A stretch of 63,468 nucleotides of DNA, the filler included, from Neolecta irregularis DAH-3 (Eukaryota): NCBI GenBank assembly GCA_001929475.1. It is 8 parts of 8 records of this genome, joined end to end, with 100 filler letters (N's around TTAATTAATTAA, not from the genome) between each part and the next. Parts side by side here need not be neighbours in the genome. Positions count along the whole stretch, not along the records: positions 40,065 to 60,399 come from LXFE01000851.1; positions 60,500 to 63,468 come from LXFE01000855.1; 6 more parts are not named here. One strand, 5' to 3'. The position numbers and the translations under genes are program-made. The notes beneath the pieces are model-generated. The model saw only the letters and a program-made list of their open reading frames with translations, had not been told where the DNA came from and ran no database searches. Below, piece after piece: positions 52,474-63,468 of the stretch. The stretch's first letter is position 1. Each line of letters begins with the position of its first letter.

Positions 52474-52921
52474 TCAGTCCTGCACAACATTACGAGCCAT
52501 CAAGAGCTCCTTGACGTAGCTAATATACTCCTTCTGAGCATCCTCCTTGGATTTCCCCTTTTGCTGGTTCCATTGCTCCCATTTGTACCTGCCCTGCAAA
52601 CAATAAGCCGGAATCCTCAAAGAACGGTCAACCTTTAAGTCGAACATTGTAGGTTTGCTAGTATTGTTGTCGCCGACAGTCGCTTGCTTAAATCTAGTTG
52701 TGAGTCCCAGGAAATTGAAGAAATAAATGCAATGCATAAAGCTGCACATGTCGGTTGATCGAATAATCAAATGATACGTACCTTGAGCAATTCATCATTA
52801 CTCAGGGGAGAACTTTCTGGAATTTTTCTAATCTTCTGTCAGGTTGCCCAGTAGTAGCACCATATACATCCTCAGAGGCCTTTATAAACTCTTGGTTGCC
52901 GGTAGAAGCAGCGTCAGACAT
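52474..52921 (-). CDS. ACB1: Acyl-CoA-binding protein, 5 exons including an 11-nt microexon
   Basis: [48 protein letters not shown]. Confidence 0.93.
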
Positions 52922-53099
52922 GATGGTACGGGCTGGTGGTGAGGCAACGCAGCCGAGATATTTAAGCACATCATTACGTCACGAGGCTAAACAAGATGAA
53001 CCAGGATATTTGCGTATAAAACATGATCAACTATGTAGCGTGGGGATGGTTAACAATGCCGAAAAGAAAGACCTTGCTCAGTTCCACTCATGCGTCCGT

Positions 53100-54243
53100 C
53101 TAAAATGTTGGTATGGCAATAAAACTAGAGACATTCCTCTTCTCCACTGAAGTAAGGATGGTTGATTGACTGCTTAGCGCTGATTCTTTCGGCAGGATCA
53201 TAAGCAAGCATCATCTAAGTTTAGCGGTCTTTAGAGAATAGGAAATGTAGACCTCCAAAAGCTCGACCCCAGCAGGCTCCAGACCAGGAACGCTATTTGC
53301 AATGTCTTTCCGACTCCATTTTGGAAATGAGGTCTTGTAGTCGGGAAGACTCGTCACTCCAGGCCAAATCTCTTCATCAGGAGTTCCAAGAAGTCTACCT
53401 CGTTAACAGAACGACTGAAAGATGACATGAACCTGAAGATTTTGAATATCTCGTCAATTTCCGAGTCTCCAGGGAATAAAGGTTTCCTCGTAACCATCTC
53501 CGCAAAGATAGTCCCAACACTCCACATATCAACGCCTGTAGAATACTGTCGGCCGCCCAATAAGATCTCAGGTGCTCGATACCAAAGTGTAACAACCTTC
53601 ACAGTAAATGACATTTTTCCTTTTGAATGCAAACCTCATGAGTATAAGTCCTCAAAGGAACTCCAAAAGCTCTAGCTAACCCAAAATCTGCCAGCTTCAG
53701 ATTTCCTTCCCGATCGATCAATAAGTTTTGGGGCTTTAAATCTCGATGTAAAATCCTGTGAGAATGACAATATCGAACACCTTCCACCAATTGACTCATA
53801 AACCGTTTAATCATATCTGGTCCAAGGCCTAAATGACTCGGTATAGTCTCCATATACTTCTTCAAATCAAGGTCGAGGAATTCAAAAACAAGGTAGAGAC
53901 GAGTGTCTTGATGGACGATATCTAGCAACCTAGACAAATTTAGGTTTAAGACAAGTAGAATAGTATACTGAACAATGTTATTGTCTCGCATTTCTTTCAA
54001 GAGGGATATTTCTCGAATAGCTGTTGACGGGACGCCTTCATCCTCCGCTTCCAATCTAATTTTCTTCAATGCGACAATCTTATTGTTGTTTTTGAGATCC
54101 TTTGCTTTGTAGACGACTCCATAGGTTCCTGGGAGTTAGTACAGTTTTTCAAATTGGCTGGAAAACAGGTTTCGATTGTTTTGTGGATTAAATCGAAGAG
54201 ACATACCTTCTCCAATCTTTTCAATCTTCTGGTATCTGTCCAT
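53100..54243 (-). CDS. cdc2: Cyclin-dependent kinase 1 (Cdc2/Cdc28)
   Basis: [75 protein letters not shown]. Confidence 0.97.
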
Positions 54244-54866
54244 TTTTCGAGGCTCCGAGACAGTTCAATTAGCCGTATAAATCTGTTTCGGAAATGTTGG
54301 GCGACACGGAGACAGCTGTTGTTATGACAAGGCCTCAACATCTAAGAAGCACCACAAACAAGAAATATTATTCCGATAAATCACATATTGAGACTCACCT
54401 TGACCCTTCTATTTTCTTGTTTCTACATAGTACTTACGAATAAGTCGGATCGCTTGTCAGGAGGCCTACTCCTACAATTATTACGAGATTCCAAAGTTGA
54501 CCCACTTCTCCAAACTTTACCCTTCCTTACCAATATACCCTTGTATAATCCCTCCTCATTGTTTAGTAGTATTTCATTTCGTTTCGTTTGTAATTGTATG
54601 AGATATAGTCCGTGACCCTAAACTTTACTTATAAAGGCAAAGCTGAGGATGACAATATGTAATCGGCCTATCTCTCTATGGAGCTATTGAACTTGAAAAC
54701 AATCACATACTACTACTCCGCAGGATTCCCCCCTCATACCTCCAGTGAAACAGTTGTAGTAAACATTTAAGTCTTTGTGATAGAACCTAGTACACCATGA
54801 ACACCATTTATAAGACAAAAGCGCGCTCACTAGCTAATAGGGTATTTAGTATAGATAAACCGATAT

Positions 54867-57723
54867 CTAAAACAGCTCGGTGCCAAATCTTTCAAATACC
54901 TTCTTCAAAATTTCCTTCCCTTTCTGCAGATTAACTATCCGGAGCCTCTCATTCCTCAAATGAGCTTGATCACTCGACTGACCCATAGGAAATTGTACAG
55001 CCGCAGCATTGAATTCTTTTTCAAGCCATCTAACAACAGGAATGCTACCACCTTCTCGGATGTAAAGCGGTTTATCAATCTCCCATTCCTCGCAAATGGC
55101 AGACTCAAAAAGTTTAAATGCGTGATTCGTTGGATCTCCGAGCCACCAATCGGCTTTATGATTGACATTAATTTCCATCGTATTATCACTTTTAAGTTTT
55201 AGGAATTCGGAATGAAGATAAGATTCCAAGGTTGCGATTATTTCTTCGAGGACCTGGTTGGGGACGATTCGAATGCTGATTGCAGCCTCGCATTCATGAG
55301 GAATTATGGTTCGGTTGCCAGAACCGCTAACTTTCATCCTGTGTATTGTAAGAGATGGATGACGCCATCGCGCCATAAGTGTTTTAATATCATTAGCTCT
55401 AGCAGAGCAAGAGCTATCAGTCAGTAGAAGGCAGAAGAAAATGAATTACAGGTTTGATGTGATAGCAGCATACAACTCCTTTTCTTCTGCTGTGACTTTC
55501 CTTACGGGGCCGTAAAAACCTGATCAAATTAAATAGGTTTTGGGGTTTCATGTCAAACCCGGTAGTTTAATTCCACCATATTCGTTGGTAAGCGATGACA
55601 TTAAATGAATTAGATCAATCATAGGTTCCCTATAAGCGCCCCCTTCCATACCTGAATGTGCATCCGCAAGATTATTATAGACCTGAATAGTCAATACGAT
55701 AGCATTAATCTCGTCAAACCTTGACAGTAGCATGGATAACGCCTCGCAGTCCATAAGTTAAACATGGCGTAGAGTCATCAAACCAATAGGAATTGCTCAA
55801 AAATATCCAATCAACTTCCCCAATCAAATCCTTGCACATATAAGCCAGTTAGCACGCACAGAGCATAATACTTTGTTCGCAGAGACTGTATCGAAAAACC
55901 CAGTAGATCCCTTCTCTTCTTCCCCTTCGATCAAAAAAGAAACATCAACATTCAATTTCCCGTGTTGAACGAGCTCCGCAACTGCATAGATGGCCGCAAG
56001 GCAAGGTCCTTTGTTATCACTAACACCTTGATTATCAAATTTTCATTCTCTTTCATTGGATTCAAATGTACCCCGGCCATAGAGATATCCATCCTGCCCA
56101 CTGACCTCCCAAGGAGACCAACTTTCCTCTGCACTGATAACATCATAGTGTCCGTAGAACAATATATGTTTTCGTTTAGGACCATGGATTGTTTTAAACT
56201 GACCGAGCACTACTGGGTTTGAATTGTCTGTTAGTAGGAAAGTCGCGTTTGTAGCGCCGAGATCTTTGAGCAGATGTTTGAGAAATGTGGAACCTCGACG
56301 ACATTCTTCCAGATTTGCTGAACATCCCGAGACAGTCTTGAACGAAACAAATCGCGACAGTGTGGAGATTAAAAGATCTATTATCAATTAACACTACAAG
56401 GGGAGCAATAGATTACCGTTTGAATAAGGTTCTCTATCTCGAAACGAGCCATCTGCGATGCAGGACATATTCCAGATACTAACCATATGATCGTTTCCAC
56501 CGGTAACCATTATTTGCTTTGTTTGTCGCACGATGATCTGTGACGAGAGCACAAGTCCATCGTGTGCTTTCCAGGAATGAACATTACGAAAGCTATTATC
56601 CCATTGCTAGCCACATTACGATATTTTTACAAAATTAGTAATTCATACCTTGATAACTCCATTGGCAGCGGCGCTGAATATGCATTCATTCCAATTACTC
56701 AAACTTAAAACGTCATAACCATCATAAGCTCTGACCTGTCTAACGAGTTGAAAAGTCTCCAAATCCCAAATCAATATCTGGCCTCCCAACAATCCAGAGT
56801 ACAAAAAGGCACCCAAAACGATCAAGCTGACGATTCCGAAATCACCAGTATGGAGCGTTTTCAAATTCTTCATACCTGAACGATTAATGGTCCATATTCG
56901 AATTTGACCGTCCCCGCCACCAGAAAGCAATCTCTGTTCTCCAAGGACGTGGGCCAAGAGAAGAGTATACACATATCCATAGTGTGCATACTGTATACTA
57001 TTTGCTGGGGGAATTTCGAGGAACTTGTCGTTTAGGTATTCAGACTTATCTTTCACTCTGGCGTATTCAGGAGCAACTGAAACTTTTGTTTGTGATACTT
57101 GACAAAATTTGTCATATCGAGTCGTTGGAAAGTGTTCTGCTTGCGAAAACCGACGTGGCTTGGCGGAATGGAGATTGTACCACTAAAAATCAATATAAAG
57201 TAGAGGGAAGATGAAATACCTGGATAGACGTATTTTGGGCTCCCATGTAAATTGTCCGAAGACCCGGAGAATAAACAACACTGAAAATATCACCAACGTC
57301 GTACGTCGAATACAAAACATAAAGCTGTTCGAGCTTCCTTGAGTCCCAAACCTGCTTGGTCAAACTGAATTGGCCTAAAGAGAGGATACCCGGACAGTTG
57401 CATCCGCTGCACTCGAAAAAAGGAGATTTTCTTCTTCGCATATAGATAGGCACATAATACTTCCATCGTGACCAGTAAGGGTAGGCTTTTGGTCGAAGTT
57501 ATCCACATCCCATACCTTCTATTAACTGATACCCCGGATGAGGATTATACTGAGATCATCTCATCCTCTGTTCCTGCAAAGATATAGTATTGACTCACAG
57601 CCAAGCACAAAACACTTCCTGAATGCCGGATTTTATGCAATAAGGAAGGCTTCTTGATATCTATTATGTTGTCAGTCAGATTCAAGGATGATGATTACTG
57701 GCTGAAAGCAAATCTAAAGACAT
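54867..57723 (-). CDS. DUG2: WD40 plus M20 peptidase, glutathione degradation complex subunit
   Basis: DVGDIFSVVY, GAQNTSIQW, AHYGYVY, FYGHYDV, YGRG.SDNKGP, EGEEE, YGLRG, REGGSIP, AHLRNER; start codon tentative. Confidence 0.9.
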
Positions 57724-58221
57724 ATGAGCTCCTTTTGCCGCTGATAGGCTTTTAAATATGATACGATTGTTGATATCAACTTTCTAGTGGTATCGAAGAG
57801 GCAAATAGCACCATTTTTAGGTGCGATTGCGTGGTCATGTTTTCTTCAACTCAGTTTGATAATTCATATCTATAATTGAGATTTCCAATAGGATAAGGAA
57901 CAATACTTCTTCCTCTAATGTGACTCCAGTAGACAAAGCATCTTGTTGATTCTAGACTCTAGTCTGCCAAACATAAAATTCGCTACTTTATACACGTGAT
58001 GAGAATTATTATGATCTACGCCCCCTAGATTCCTGGTTTTCTCGGGTCGGTTCAAGCTATCATTCATGTAATACGAGTTACATATTAATTTCCAAACTTC
58101 GATCTACTACCTGTGTATAACGCATATATCCTTGGAAAGAATTTTGGCAGATGCTATTGCTGATCCTTTACGCTGGTCTAGCGTTTCTGATAATTGCCAA
58201 TGTTGGTCGAGATACAGGTCC

Positions 58222-59493
58222 ATGCCGGGTCTCCCTGCTCTTTTACTTGCGAGAACATATCATGCCCGATTCTTTCCGGTGAAGAATGCCTTTGTTTATC
58301 CAGTTCTCTACATTGTTTTATATGACATCGAGACTTCTCCAAAGTCGCTTCTTTTTGGTCTGGATGCTTAGGGAATACTTTCGCTGTGGAGTTCGGATTA
58401 CTTGAACAAGTACACTGGAAACTTGAGGGAAAAATTGCATAAATGCCTAAAGGATCGTGTATGGATGATTAGCTGAACGATATTAACCCCAGAGTAAGTC
58501 AATACAAAGGAGTCGACAAAATAGAGCTTCCCGAGTTTTTGGATACGGGTTTAACCCGGTGTCGTTTTACTACCTTTATGCTGTCAGAAAGCTTCGGTAC
58601 ATTTGCTCGGAAGTAAATAATACGTTTGGTGAGAAGTATATCTATATTTTCGAGACTGTGCAAGGTCTAGAACCTCAAGATGGGTTTGGGTCGATATGGA
58701 CATGTCTGAGATGTAGATATGCATACTGTCACATAATCTCTTGGCAGTTTCATGTGTCCCCATTCAACGATAGGAGAGGATACTACATACTCAATGCGCT
58801 CCCGCTTTCCACAAAGCTCGACATCCACCTTGTGCTCTATATTCTTCAAGATGAAAAGAAACTATTCGCCCGAGTTTATTCGAATGTAAAACCCATTGTT
58901 ATAACCTTCAACTCAGTGACAACGATATTATTACGTTTCTCAGTGGCTGTGTTCATGACATTTCCCAGAATCTCATATCAAGCGGCAATTCTTCATTATT
59001 TTTTGAAACTGTCTATGCGCGGCCTGAGCCTGTTCTTGATCAAAATACGTTGAAAAGACAAGAGACTTCCAAGGATGAGTTGTATGGAATGATTCATAGT
59101 GCAAAGGTTGACTCCATAGATGGCTTTTGGAGCTGCTAAGTATCTCTCGACGGGTCAGATGGACCTTTAGTAAAATTAGACATTTACCTTTTGGTTCGTT
59201 CAAATTGTTTCATGGAAGCGATATGCAACTGAGAATTACTGTCATTTCGAGCGCTTTATTCCTATTTATGCTGCCTTTCCATGTGAACTTTTATCACGAT
59301 AATTCCGGACTCACTGGCGTTATTCCATACTTCGGATCAGACTGTTTTTGAATCTGTACTTGACGGCTATCTTGCCTACATTCAGTCACAAGGCTTTTTC
59401 AGTCGGAGCAAAGTTTGAAAGATTCACATCGTAAACAAGCTCGGGCAAGCAATCTTTGAACGACTCGCAACATTTGTCAAAGACGAAGACTAA
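58222..59493 (+). pseudogene. DUF1365-family gene with in-frame TAG and frameshift
   Basis: HARFFPVKNAFVYP, FGYGFNPVSFYY, EVNNTFGE, FHVSPFN, FPRISYQA; TAG at 58369-58371; VYARPEP out of frame from 59011; 3' end uncertain. Confidence 0.75.
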
Positions 59494-59789
59494 AGATTTC
59501 GGGATGCTCGGTTATCCGAGAACTCACTTCCAAGGTTCTTGGCAGATCTGCTTGGATGTCTTTGTAGGAAGCTTAGACCATTAGTGGGACATTGTACTTT
59601 TGTATTCGAAATGTTGAAATTGATCAATATAATAAACAGGTCGTGCGTGATATTTGGCATGGTAGACCTGCCTCTCATTAAGGTCAAGGATGAATGTTCT
59701 CTTATTCATGGGCATCTTAATAGTGCTCAGATAAGGATATTAAAAGTATATTTCTCTGTAATGTGCTCTATCTTGTACATCAGGTGAAT

Positions 59790-60203
59790 TTACATTACAA
59801 ATGCTCCAAGTGCAGCGGCCAACGCAACCCCACCATATACAGCAGATTTTCCAGCAGCACCTGAAGCGGTAGCGGTAGCAGAAGAGCCAGTTTTGGTGGC
59901 CGTTGCGGTAGCATTTGTGCTTACTTTCGAATCGGGCTTAACGAGATGCACTATGTGATCATGATCATCAGAGCCAACATGTGGTATTTTTGCGTCATCA
60001 CTGGTAACCGCAGCAGCGTGAGCATGATCGCCAGTACCGATTTCGACTTTCTTTGTCGAGGCTTCCTTTTCGCAGGATTCACAAGCGTGCTGCATGAAAT
60101 CGTTCACTTCAAGTTAGTAGCGAAGCGAGGTGAATATACAAGGAACGATCTGTAGAGCCAGAGTCGATGCGACGAGGAGAGAGATGAGAGTCTTGGCAAG
60201 CAT
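59790..60203 (-). CDS. Small GPI-anchored cell-surface protein
   Basis: Signal peptide MLAKTLISLLVASTLA, 33-nt intron, T/A/S-rich stalk, hydrophobic tail SGAAGKSAVYGGVALAAALGAFVM. Confidence 0.85.
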
Positions 60204-60722
60204 GTTGATTAAGGAAGAAGAAAAGGAAGAAAGATTTAAAGGAAATCCTCCCTTGTTATATGTGCCGCGCGATTTTGCAAGACATAAATGTACACACTTG
60301 TTACATTTTCTGAAACATACGCCTCATGATAATACCAAAAATAAGCAATCCAATTTCAGTGACAGTATGAATCAAGAATGAGTGCTATGAATAGGATCAN
60401 NNNNNNNNNNNNNNNNNNNNNNNNNNNNNNNNNNNNNNNNNNNTTAATTAATTAANNNNNNNNNNNNNNNNNNNNNNNNNNNNNNNNNNNNNNNNNNNNG
60501 GGGAGCCAGTGCCGGCGGGGCGGGTACGTTTCTTGGGCGGCGGCCTGAGGGTGTCTGTCTTGGGCAGCACGTCTGGGGCGGCTGCAGGCGGGAGAACACG
60601 GGCAGTGGCCATCTGCCGCGGTGGCGATGCGGGAAAGGAGCGATGTTGGAGTTGGTGGAGAGTGCTCCGGGTGCGGCCGCTGCTCTAAACACCAACACCG
60701 ACAGCGGCAGCCTAGTATATAG

Positions 60723-60778
60723 GGAGTGTATGCAGCGTAGTATTGGAGTGTATGCAGCGTAGTATTCAGCGTAGTATT
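60723..60778. repeat. 22-bp tandem repeat (2.5 copies)
   Basis: GGAGTGTATGCAGCGTAGTATT twice, plus CAGCGTAGTATT. Confidence 0.85.
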
Positions 60779-60973
60779 CAATACGAGCACGCTCAGCCAA
60801 GTTGCTCCACATTCCATATACCTACCCCTCAGTAACACGCACAAGCGACGCTGACCCTCTGTCCATTCCTGGATATGCGTAATCCTAATACTACTGCTTC
60901 CGCCACCCCGCTGGCGACTTTGTTCAGGTCCCAGCAACTCGCAATATCCCAATCTTAACCTCCAATTCGGAAA

Positions 60974-60991
60974 GGTTAGGGTTAGGGTTAG
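60974..60991 (+). repeat. Short interstitial TTAGGG tract
   Basis: GGTTAGGGTTAGGGTTAG. Confidence 0.6.
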
Positions 60992-61994
60992 AGAATTATA
61001 TAAATCTGGATTCTGGATTCAAGTCTTTGTTGGCCCCAGTCCAGATGGTTTTCTTACCTTGATCGCATTGGCCACAGGAGGTAATTACCCACCACCCTTG
61101 TGTTACATTAAACGTGCATAGCTTCATTCTTTATAGGAACCTCCTCTCATTTAGTCTCCAATTAGCCCTCAAATTTTTGGTTTCTCAAGTTCACACCTCG
61201 ATCAAATGTTTTCCTCCCTGGGTTATACCGGTATTTCAGAGGAAGAAACCAAGGTTCCAAGGCAAATATGTGTCAAATTTCAAGGTATTTCGGAAAAAGT
61301 TTGCAGCAGGCTAGAAAATCTGGATAACGATTGCAAGGTTATTATTAAAACTTTATGGGAGAGTACGCAAGAGATTTTTATCGTATATATCATGTGTTAA
61401 TTTATCCTGAACACCCGTTAATGATATGCTTCATACAATTCATATATTGTATGATCGCTTGACAAAGTCACACTAGCGTCTCCTATCCCTGAAACGGTAA
61501 GATTTGGCTGATAATCAATACATTTACGCTCTTGTATAATTATTATACTTGCGGCAGCGCTAGCCCATTACCGGTAACCTCTTGAGCAGAAATCTTTTCC
61601 CAGCAGTGCAGCATTGCTTGGAGTACTCCACCCTTGGTCCTTCCATTTTCTCAGCAGTCTATTGTCCTTTGAACCTTGGCAAGGTTATCAAAAGAATGGA
61701 CAATGGAGATGGAGTATTCGGCAAACAACGACCATTGTCAGGCTAACGCTATCGGGATACTCCATCAATGACAACCGGCCACGCTTTCCTTTCCCTCTTT
61801 CATCCTTTCATCTTTCTCCTCCTGCGGCTGCCAGCCCCGGAAGTGATTGTGGCTCTGCTCTTAAAATCACTCAGGGCTCGTCACGGTTGCTGCCAAAAAG
61901 TCTAGATTCTTTATACTCCTTTTTCAAAAACCTTGGATCACGACGAATACACGTTCATCCTTCCTATTCACGACTCTACGATCTGCTTCACGTT

Positions 61995-63320
61995 ATGACC
62001 ACTGTTTCTGGTTCCGATCGACAGGTTCCCATTGGGTCCCTGAATCAGCTTCAATTGCAACAACAACCAAACCCGCATAGTTTGACCGGTTTGATGAATC
62101 AGGAGGATTCGCCGACACATCAAAATTGGCCCACCCCCAATCAAACTACAAATGCACCACAGTATCCTATCGGCGAAACTAAATTCTTAAACGAATGGAT
62201 GAGTGGACTCGAGAACGATGCACACTCTTCTGCGTCTTCGCCAAGCGAAGTCATGTACACTCCACCAACAGATATAATGCATCCGCCGCAACAAGCACGT
62301 TCTTCCACCCATTCACAAAGCTCTTACAGCCATTATCCATCGGAAAACACCTACTTTATGAGTCAACCTACAAGAACGCCCAGTCAGCCGTATCATGGGA
62401 CTGGGTCTCATGCATCATCCCCAGTATCTGCGATGTTTTATTCATATACCCCCATCACCCCGTCTACTCCTGTTCCTTCTCAACGTAGGCCCGGTCAGGC
62501 GGGTCCATCTCGCCCACTAACACCCAGTACGATGCAACAAGCCGGAAATTTCACACAGTATACGGCATCTCCCACAACTTTTGAACGGCCTGATCTTCGT
62601 CATCGATCTGTATCATCTGCTGGAATGACTTCTCTTTCTGCTATCTCCGCTGCGCGTCGAGGTGGAGGATCTCCAACATCTGCGATCGCCCCGTACGATA
62701 AGAATCGACGAGCCCGTTCATCTAGTTTACTTTCTGCAAGTGCTCCTGCAAGCCTCAAATCAGAGGAAGAACTCTCTGCAGAAGAATTGGCTGCAATGAA
62801 AAGGTTTATATATTTTAATCTAGGCTAATCTTGCCAGTGAGGATTTAAACAATAAGCGAGCCCGGGCCGCTACCGAACATCGCAGACGCGTAGAATTGAA
62901 AGAAAGCTTTGAGAAATTAAGGCTTGTTTTGGGTATTCCGCAACCGCGAGTTGGCAAGAGGGATATGGTAGAACAAGGTGATTTACCCTTCAACGTATAA
63001 TTCTGAACGTACAGCTGTTGTTACACTTGAGTCGTACCGCGAGCGAGAGCGAGACTTGTTGAAACGCCTTGCTGATGCACAACGCGAACTACAAGAATTC
63101 AGAAAGTATGGATAATTATTAATATTAGTCTTACTCTAGTCGCCCAGCACAGTGGGCTCTTCAAACCCCTCCTGGGTCTATGATTGCGGAAGAATACCGA
63201 AGAAGCCCTCAATCTGATGAAAGATTACGGCAAGGAAAGTCAGAAGGTCATAATGGCTGGCTCGCTGACCCGATGACTGATGATGTCGTCCCTCGTCATT
63301 CACAATCGCCAATGCGATAG
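61995..63320 (+). CDS. bHLH transcription factor with long S/P/Q-rich N-terminus
   Basis: KRARAATEHRRRVELKESFEKLRLVLG..PRVGKRDMVEQAV..LE followed by a coiled coil; three introns. Confidence 0.85.
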
Positions 63321-63468
63321 TTTCCAAAACTCTTGCATCTCCTATCACAAAAGAATCTACACGGTATTTATCTCGATTATGGCTGATTTGTTTTTGGCAT
63401 GAAAGTATTGGTAGATAGAAATCAAGAGTTGACTGAGGGATGATGAAAATATCTTTATGATCTTTTTT

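Noticed and set aside
58369-58371. Stop-codon reassignment or readthrough
   Set aside because: TAG terminates other genes normally (eIF3i, CDK1, HECT, bHLH), and the same gene also has a frameshift
60723-60778. CRISPR-like repeat
   Set aside because: Contiguous tandem repeat without spacers in a eukaryotic genome
61614-61994. 127-aa N-terminal extension of the bHLH ORF
   Set aside because: The ORF-track start is TTG and the first in-frame ATG is 61995; probably 5' UTR

Overview
Eukaryotic draft-assembly window from a compact, intron-rich fungal genome. Gene content and intron style suggest an early-diverging ascomycete (Taphrinomycotina, Neolecta-like); this is inference, not a database match. 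Contigs are joined by 100-nt N spacers containing an artificial TTAATTAATTAA linker. About 27 protein-coding loci were reconstructed by hand-splicing mostly 32-48 nt introns. They include eIF3i, a patatin lipase, ureidoglycolate lyase, CSN1, an ASPM-like protein, a Ctr copper transporter, DUF1772, a MEF2/Rlm1-type MADS factor, a PAP2 phosphatase, an AIM6-like protein, a PLK4-type kinase, a P450, an ABCB transporter, an AZUL-HECT E3, KCH, LysRS, a GMPPA-like protein, ACBP, CDK1, DUG2, a bHLH factor and several orphan or secreted proteins. There is also an intron-containing tRNA-Trp(CCA), a DUF1365 pseudogene and several MITE or Ginger-like elements. Most notable: (1) a full PLK4/SAK-type kinase with cryptic polo box and PB3 in an apparently non-flagellated fungus, in the same window as an ASPM homologue; (2) a circularly permuted P450 contig with 54-nt identical ends; (3) ultra-short introns with degenerate donors, four GC-AG introns and a candidate GT-TG intron; (4) a Ginger-type TIR element with a 4-bp TSD; (5) a MEF2 site overlapping the TATA box of the MEF2-type gene. 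All exon boundaries are manual predictions, and protein comparisons are from recalled family motifs.
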